Assembly: GCA_964016885.1 (NCBI GenBank)
Contig: OZ024740.1
Coordinates: 109,182,001-109,246,000, forward strand
Reading direction: 5' to 3'
DNA: 64,000 bases
Origin: Eledone cirrhosa
Lineage: Eukaryota
The notes beneath the pieces are model-generated. The model did not search any database. It was not told where the DNA came from and worked only from the letters and a program-made list of their open reading frames with translations. The translations under genes and the position numbers were made by a program. Shown here piece by piece: positions 55,232-64,000 of this stretch (its first letter is position 1; every line of letters begins with the position of its first letter).

Positions 55232-56730
55232 GAGTTATTAATAAGAAGAGTTGAAATGAATGCATGCAAGATTTCACAGCTCTAGCGTTAGTCATTCATA
55301 GTCAGTATATGAACTTTTCAGCCGACCTTCGTAGTTTTAGGAAATCATCTATAAAATAAATTACTATTCATACATAGATTTCTGACCTACATTATGGAAA
55401 ATGTCAATGAATTAAGTATTCCTAGACATACATACTTGGTAAACCTTTCAGAGGGACCAATATCTATCAGGAATAATTTAGGTCATATTTTCAAGAGGAT
55501 CGTTGTTATGAATTTATAATAAATATTTGCACAAACATGAATGAGTTAGTCTTTGCTTTTTATTGAATACTTTATTGTGAAAATATTTTTGTACAAAGAA
55601 TGGAAAGGGCCCACGTCAGTTTCGATGCTCAGTGTTCCAACTGTTCAATCAACGAGACAGTCTATTCATAAAAAATAACATATAAGTGGCTGAGTATTCC
55701 ATAGACACATGTACCTATAACATAATTCTCATTAAGTTTCAATGTGACTTAGTGTGTGATAAAGCTGGCCCTTTGAATTACCGATACAGTCAATCCGACA
55801 GGCTTCCAATTAGTTTCAGTCTACCCAATATGACTCACAAGGCCTGGGTCGATCAGAGACTATAGTAAATGACATTTGCCCAACATGCCACACAATAGGA
55901 TCGAACCTGGTACATAAAGATTCTGAAGCGAACTTCTTAACCATTCAGCTATGCTGCGTCTACTTTTGTACAAGAATACAACTTTATACAAAATATGTCC
56001 ATGTGTTTGGTATGGTATGGTCCCGTAACTCCTGATAGAGTTGTAGGGGTGCCATATTGACATACAGCGTTTCATTAGCATTTTAAATCTGGCGGAGCCC
56101 ATCCCTCTTCAGGCCTGAGTACAGCAGGTTCCTTCGAGAGAAAGATAGAAAGTGAGAGAGAGGAAATGAGAAAGAGATGTAGAGGAAGAATCGAACCCAG
56201 TATTAGACTGGTACTTTTTTTATCAACCTCGAAAGGATGAAAGGCAAAGTTGACCTTGGCGGGATTTGAACTCCGAGAGCAAAGAGCCAGAACAAATACC
56301 ATAAAACATTCTATCCGACGTTCTAACGACTCCGCCAATTTGGCGCCTCTTCCATGTGTTTACGTCCATTTAAATGCGTATTTTTCTTTGTTATTCTGTA
56401 TCTTTCATAGTTCAGCTGGCTATTAATATTCTACAAAAGAAAGGGTGGTGGATAGGTAGAATTGGTAGACTATAGATAAACTACCAATGGAGTATTTGTT
56501 CTGGATCTTTAGATTCAGACTTCAAATTCCGCCGTCATTAACTTTGGGTTTCATTCTTACAAGGTCGATAAAATTAAGTACCAGTCAAGTACTGGGTTGA
56601 TTTAATCAACTTTCCCCTCCCCCAAAATTGCTGGCCTTGTGCCTATATAAGAAACCGTTCTTACAAGATCGATAAAATTAAGTACCAGTCAAGTACTGGG
56701 GTTAGTTTAATCAGCATTGCTTTTCCTCAA

Positions 56731-57040
56731 AACGTCAGATAGAACTGTCAGAGTCGTTACAACGTCAGCTAGAATTGTCAGAATTGTCATAACGTCAAAT
56801 AGAATTGTCAGAGTCGTTACAACGTCAGACAGAATTGTCAGAATCGTTATAACGTCAGCTAGAATTGTCAGAATTGTTATAACGTCAGCTAGAATTGTCA
56901 GAATTGTTACAACGTCAGACAGAATTGTCAGAATTGTTATAACGTCAGATAGAATTGTCAGAGTCGTTACAACGTCAGACAGAATTGTCAGAATTGTTAT
57001 AACGTCAGATAGAATTGTCAGAGTCGTTACAACGTCAGAC
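56731..57040. repeat. 30-bp minisatellite, ~10 copies
   Basis: Unit AACGTCAGATAGAATTGTCAGA(G/A)T(C/T)GTTA(C/T). Confidence 0.92.
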
Positions 57041-57049
57041 AGGCTTTCG

Positions 57050-57650
57050 TAAGTGTAATTACTATAGATATCAACTTGCTCCCCGTTTTTTCTTTATAAA
57101 TGATGATGTATTTTACAAACTGGAGATAAGGTTTTGTAACTCGAGTTCACGACCTGATTCCGATTACAACTATTTCATACCACTTGCTTTGCTAATACCC
57201 TTGGGAAGATACAAACATTCATAATTTCCTTTTCTCCAGTCGAATAATTCGTATGCTTCCTCTACAAATTAGGTTCAAGAGGGGTGGCCCCTCTCAAAGG
57301 ATTACGAAATAGGAATGCTTACGGATATTTGCTTCATTGATATTTCCGATAACATGAGTTATAAAAAACGTCTGCACTTTGAGTCTCATACGCACTGATA
57401 CGCCACTCATCCATGCTTTCTTCCAGATAATATTGTTGCTTTTGAGATCTGCAAAGCCTTCGATGGTGTCCTGAATGAGAAGCCCCCCAAATAAATTGTT
57501 TGCCTACTGGGAGCCATCTGGGTCCCTTTTCTTGAACTGGAATTTTCTGGTTTGAAGATTCTAGCATACTTCGATAAGACTTTTAGAAACATGCATTCTT
57601 TTATTTTGGAACCTCGAAGTTCGGGTTTGTTTTCTTGTTTTCTATACTCT
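57050..57650 (+). pseudogene. Highly decayed CR1/Jockey-like RT remnant
   Basis: NYFIPLALL (cf. NYRPIALL), VAFEICKAFDGV..NKLFAY (cf. ALDISKAFDRV..KL.AYG). Confidence 0.5.
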
Positions 57651-57700
57651 CCCTTCCCTATATCAATGAGCATGGGAAAAGGACCACACACACACACACG

Positions 57701-57782
<82 letters not shown>

Positions 57783-58639
57783 CTCAGACGATATCTCCTT
57801 TTACTCTTCCTAAACCCTTTTGATACCCTGAAACCATTCTTGGTTCTACGATATAAAGCCGTATATTTTTAAATGTTTGTATTTATCTAAAAACATTCCA
57901 TCATAATTTTACATAAAAATCTTTGTAAATTTATGCTCTACATACCAGCTTAATAACAAGAAAGTTTGTTAATTTACTAAATCTTTCCAAATTCTTGATT
58001 ATTTTCAAAATTGTTTGAAACATATAGGCCATATCTTTCATCAGAAATATAGAAACGAAATGGTTAACTTCCATATGAAACATAGACATTTCACACTATC
58101 CTTGACTGTTTTAATCGATAGACATCTGGAAAACATCTTTTAATGGAGACAACAACCTAATCCCCTTCAACATCAAGACATAATTACTTCACATCAAAAA
58201 GAGATTATCTAGAACTAATTCCTCCAAAGAATGGATTTCCTCTGTTTCGACGATGAGTGCTCTAGTTATTCGATCAACGGAAGAGTCTGTTCATGAAATT
58301 AACGTGTAAGTGGATGAGCATTTCAGAGACATATGTACCTTTAACATAATTCTCAGGAAGGTACAGCGTGACACAATGTGTGATAAGATTGGTCCTTTGA
58401 ATTACAGGTACAGTCCATCCAACGAGCTTCCAAACTGTTTCCGTCTACCCAATTTTACTTACAAGGCAAATGGCACTTCCCCAAGACATCACGGAGAGGG
58501 ATCGAACTTGGTACCTAATGAGTGCAAAGCTAATTCCTTAACCATTCAGCCATGCTGCGTCTACATTTCCTTCATACACATGCAAGAACGTACACACCAG
58601 ATGAATCCTGCACTATATCATACAAAAAAAAAAAGGAAG

Positions 58640-58965
58640 TGAAAGAGCCCCCTTTGATTATGACAGACCATGGGTTATGCTACCATGACTGACTGACCAT
58701 GGGCTTGTCTGAACAAAGTGTTTTGTGGAAGTCCAGCAGTCACCCATGTTTTCCAGTCTCCTCTCTCCACGACACTGATGTTGTCCAAGGAAAAGGCAAA
58801 AGCAGATACAGCTTGGCACCAGTGTCGTCGCAACTAGTTTTTTTCCAGCTGAGTGAACTGGAGCAACGTGAAATAATGTGTCTTGCACCTCCCAGTCCAG
58901 GGATCAAACTTACGATATTCCGATCGTAATCCCAACACTTTAATCATTAAGCCATGCACCTTCAC
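58640..58965 (-). mobile_element. tRNA-derived SINE family 3
   Basis: Minus strand TGGCTTAATG (A-box-like), AGTTTGATCCC (B-box-like), followed by GCAAGACAC..TTCAC.TTGCTCCAGT.CACTCAGCTG (V-domain-like). Confidence 0.55.
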
Positions 58966-59379
58966 TCCGTACACATCATGAACAACACACAGTCGGAACC
59001 CCCGTATTCGCTACCAACGCCCCACCCCACTAAATCTGTTGATCTCTTCTAGCTATCTTACATATTTAACATTGCATCCAAAATACTAAGTTTCCACTTC
59101 AGAAACAAAAAGAAAAACAATCAGCTTAATTCAAAAGTTCTGGTTTCAAATCCCGCCAAGGACAGTATTGCTTTTAATTCTTCTGGGATGAATAAAACTA
59201 AAATATCAATCAAGTATATAATCGATTTATCCCTCCCATCATAATGACTTGCTTTGTTCCTAAATTAGAAACAATTAGCAGTATCGGTAGAGCGTAGGAC
59301 ATGCTTTTCAGCATAGAGTTACGGCCCATTACGTTATGCGTTCAAATCTCGTTGTCCGACGCTCTACCGATACTGCCAA

Positions 59380-59560
59380 TCCACGATAGCCAGTGACACC
59401 CGCTGCAACAGCCACCCAACCTCGCGGGGATCCCTCCTTTGACGGGCCGCCGACGCTCCGATCTTGCAGAGGAGCTCGGATGTGCGGGGTCCAAGTACGC
59501 CTGAAGTCTCGACGGCGACCGGTCCGAAGAGGAAGCAGTTGGACAAACCCTGGTATTTGT
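59380..59560 (-). mobile_element. CRE-like REL retrotransposon 3' fragment
   Basis: KYQGLSNCFLFGPVAVETSGVLGP..WLLQRVSLAIV. Confidence 0.7.
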
Positions 59561-59566
59561 TTATTT

Positions 59567-60077
<511 letters not shown>

Positions 60078-60115
60078 TCACACCTCGTGTGTCACACCTC
60101 TAATTTTTTAAATAT

Positions 60116-60192
<77 letters not shown>

Positions 60193-60311
60193 GCACACAC
60201 ACATATATCTTACTACATCAAGCGTTAAACTAATATATTTCTTCATTGTACTGCGTCGTTTGCTTTGTTATTTCTTTTTACTTTTGGCACACACACACAT
60301 ACACACACTCA

Positions 60312-60355
<44 letters not shown>

Positions 60356-60366
60356 CACACGCGCGC

Positions 60367-60465
<99 letters not shown>

Positions 60466-60806
60466 TAGCCTAATAATTTGAGTTCGTTGTGAAGCAGTGA
60501 AATAATAATATTGACCCAAAAGTTGGTTTTATCCTGCCACTTATTGCCTGCCTGGATTGATGATTAAATTTGCTATTGTTCAGGGAGAAACACTCAATAA
60601 AAGATGTTTCAGCATTATATGATTGAGAATTAACAACAAACAGTTAATGGGAAGGGGTCACAGAAGCAGCAGATTTGTTTGAACAAAAGCAGTTGGTCTA
60701 TAAAGATGGTGTATAATAAACAATAGGCTACACTAAACCTTACAGTAATTGTCGACGCACTTCGACCAATGTTCATCTCCATATTGTTCAAATGACACGA
60801 ACTTAC

Positions 60807-61130
60807 TTTAGTCCCCGACCGATGTCAATAGTTCAACGTGCATAGAATCCTCATAGCAAAAACACAAACAAAAACAAATGTAATTGGCAGCACACTTCTT
60901 CGTCATTGAGACCTCCTGTGTCCCCATCCCCGTCCACCCCCGGACTACCGTTTTCCTCGGCCAAATCAGAACGGGGGCATCACGTTTGAGCAAGAAAGCC
61001 CCCGCGAGGTGAAATTGCTCGCTGTTCTCTGGAGCATCGGAAACTTTCGCCATCTTGTCTGCAGGGCGTAGCTGAGATATGACAGCCCAGGCAAAGGACG
61101 TAGAGTCTGTCTATCCTCCGTTCGCCACTC
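60807..61130 (-). promoter_or_regulatory. Possible non-coding first exon / promoter-proximal region of a minus-strand gene
   Basis: Non-repetitive CpG-enriched patch, CAAGATGGCG (YY1-like / start-codon context) at ~61048-61057, consensus donor AAA|GTAAGT at 60807/60806. Confidence 0.35.
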
Positions 61131-62064
61131 ACCATTTTCGTAAGCAAAATTAAACCAGAACAAAACAAACACAATAAAACAACAATATTTCTGTTTCTTA
61201 AAAGCACCCAGAAACATGGCATTAATTTCACAGCAGCACCTCTCTACCATTTCCCAAGACTTATATAAATATTTGTAGGCTTGGTTGATAACAGTTCCTC
61301 CTTGGTTTCTTCTTCTCCCCCCCTCTCTCTATTTCTCGCTCACACGCACTCTCTTCTGTTTAGCATTACAAGTCACTCGTATGTAGCTTCTTCTTCTTCT
61401 TCTTCTTCTTCTTCTTCTTCTTCTTCTTCTTCTTCTTCTTCTTCTTCTCCTTCTTCTCCTCCTCCTCCTCCTCCTCCTCTTTGCGTGCTTGCTGTTGTTA
61501 TTGAGGTTATTTCTGTCGTTTCTGTTGTTGTTGCTGCTGCGGCTGCAGTTATTGTTTTATTGCTGTTTTTATTTACGTTGTTGTTGTTGTTGTTGTTGTT
61601 GTTGCAGCTGTTGCTGTGGCTGCAGTTATTGTTTTATTGCTGTTGTTGTAGTTGTAGTAGACAAATGATGATACAGTTGTGTTCAGTTAAACCCGTCAAT
61701 AAAGCTCCCTTTAAACAACTCACTGTGACTGGAATACAAAATTAACTCAGTAAAAAAGATAACTTATACATACATACAGACATAAATATACATTCATACA
61801 TATATACATACATGCATACATACACACATACATGCATACATGCATACATAATACATGCGTGCATACATACATACGTACGTACATACGTACATACATACAT
61901 ACATACAGACATACATGCATACGTACATGCATATATACATGCATACATACATACATGCAGGCATCCATGCATACATACACATACATGCATACATACATAC
62001 AGGCATACATACATGCTTGCATACATACATACATGCACACATACATACATGTATACATACATAC

Positions 62065-62148
<84 letters not shown>

Positions 62149-62162
62149 GAGTACATACAAAA

Positions 62163-62204
<42 letters not shown>

Positions 62205-62377
62205 ATACATATATACACGTATACATACATACATGTATACATGCGTATATGCACATATACATACATACATGTATATATACATACATATATACATGTATAC
62301 ATACATACATATATACATATATACATGTACACATACATACATGCATGCATACATACATACATACACACATACATACA

Positions 62378-64000
62378 TATTCTATCGGAGGTATGTTACT
62401 GACTTCTACCAACAAGTTCTTAAGGGAGATACACTTATACCAGAATGGTTGACATTAGCACAAACATTACAGATCCCCAAGAACAAAGACACCCACTTGG
62501 CAAAAAGCTACCGTCCCATTGCATGCCAGAACTTGATGTAAAAGATGTATACAGCCTGCCTGAACCTATTCCTCCAGGATCACTGTGAAAATAATAACAT
62601 CATCACAGATGAACAAGCAGCTGGAAAGAAAGGGGTTTGGGAGTGTGCTGAACAACTCCTAATCAACAAAACTGCGATGTTGGAGGTGCGATAACTTAGG
62701 AGGAATATGGCTACAGTCTGGCTGGACTACAGGAAAGCTTTCGATTCTGTTGCCCACTCTTGGATGATAGAGGCCCTCCAACTTGCTAAAGTCCCAGACA
62801 TTATTGTCAGAGCCATAGAGAGGCTGTCTTCTCCTTGGGCTATTATCCAAAGGTTAAAGACAGAGAGGGAGGACTCTATTTTCACTGATAAAATAAAATA
62901 TTGGGGGGGTATATTTCAGGGGGACAGTCTCTCTGTGATATTATTCATCTTGTCATTAAACCCCTTGTCCTTTTCTGCTCAAGAAATGTGAGGGATACAT
63001 CATTGGCTCACAGGAGGACAGAAATACGAACCTAACCTATAATTTCTTTCTGGACGATCTGAAATTCTATGCCAAGAATATGGATGAGATGAAGAAAAAT
63101 CTTGACCTGGTTAAAACGTTCTCAAAGGATATAGGAATGGAGTTTGGCCAAGATAAATGCTCATATATGACTGTAAAGCGGGGAAAAACAACAACCCAAT
63201 CTAGCAACATTGTCATCAATGGCCTAACTGTTTCACCGATATCTGATGAGGACTGCTACAGATACCTGGGGATAGATGAGAACATATCCTATAATGGTAT
63301 CTGTAATAAAGAACGCGTAACCAGGGAATACTACACCCGATTAAGAAAGATCTGGTCATTGGAACTCTCTGCGCAAAACTGGCTCACAATGTGTTTGCTG
63401 TGCCTGTCCTAACACCAATGTTTGGAATACTCAATTGGACGATAGACGAAATCCGAGCAGTTGATTTTAGAACTCGAAAAATACTGAACAACACCGGAAA
63501 CTTCCACATCAACAGTGACATAGACCGCCTTTACTTGAAACGTAAGCAGGGAGGCAGAGGCCTAACATTAGTCCAGACAACATTTGAATGTCGCATCATA
63601 TCTCTCCGACAACATCTATGAACCTCGAAGCGTAGGAGCCCGTTTCTCGAGCAAGTCTATCTGCATGAAACAGATAAGATCATGAGAATTGGGAAAGAAC
63701 TCCTCGAGAGATATTCCCTGTGTGATAATCAAAAACTCACATCCAGGGAAGTCGCTCAGCAGTATCGCAGTGAATCCATGGATCAAAAACTGCATACTTA
63801 TCAGCAAAAAATCATGCATCGATATGTTGCCAGGAAGCTCCAGAGTGAGAGTAATATAGATAAGGAAAGTAGTCTATCTTGGACCAACAACCGCTATATT
63901 GGCTCCCACTTTGAAGGATACGCTTTTGCAATCCAAGAACATGAGATTAACACGAAATACCTGATTCACAAAAGAGATAGAGATGCAGGCAAAACACCTA
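62378..64000 (+). mobile_element. R4/Dong-like family C, 5'-truncated copy running off the window
   Basis: Highly similar to 8410-10000; starts directly after a long (CATA)/(TA) tract at 61765-62378. Confidence 0.92.

Noticed and set aside
56731-57040. 30-bp periodic array as a CRISPR array or repeat protein (ORF 56717-57052)
   Set aside because: Contiguous units without unique spacers, eukaryotic context, no cas genes; a simple minisatellite.

Overview
Eukaryotic, AT-rich, microsatellite-saturated DNA. The tRNA-derived SINE families and repeat spectrum resemble a cephalopod (Octopus-like) genome; this is recognition from memory, not a database result. No host protein-coding exon can be supported. 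Most long ORFs in the track are microsatellite translations or antisense shadows of retroelements. The main structure is a ~23.7 kb block (22846-46531) bounded by 125-bp inverted repeats whose inner (AAT)n/(ATT)n arrays hold six non-LTR retrotransposons. These are two ORF-intact ~6 kb L1/Tx1-clade elements in tandem and four R4/Dong-like elements with restriction-like endonucleases (REL) from two families, each oriented strictly by the strand of the microsatellite. Elsewhere, sibling families sit in other microsatellites: a Tx1 relative in (GATA)n, a third Dong-like family in (CATA)n, RTE-derived bipartite elements in (TATG)n and an RTE in (TA)n. Penelope-like GIY-YIG fragments, fold-back elements and a 321-bp retrozyme-like unit carry at least seven hammerhead ribozyme (HHR) motifs, some intact and some degenerate. 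Also present are decayed mariner, RTE, CR1-like and CRE-like fragments, a 30-bp minisatellite and a possible non-coding first exon/promoter on the minus strand near 61 kb.
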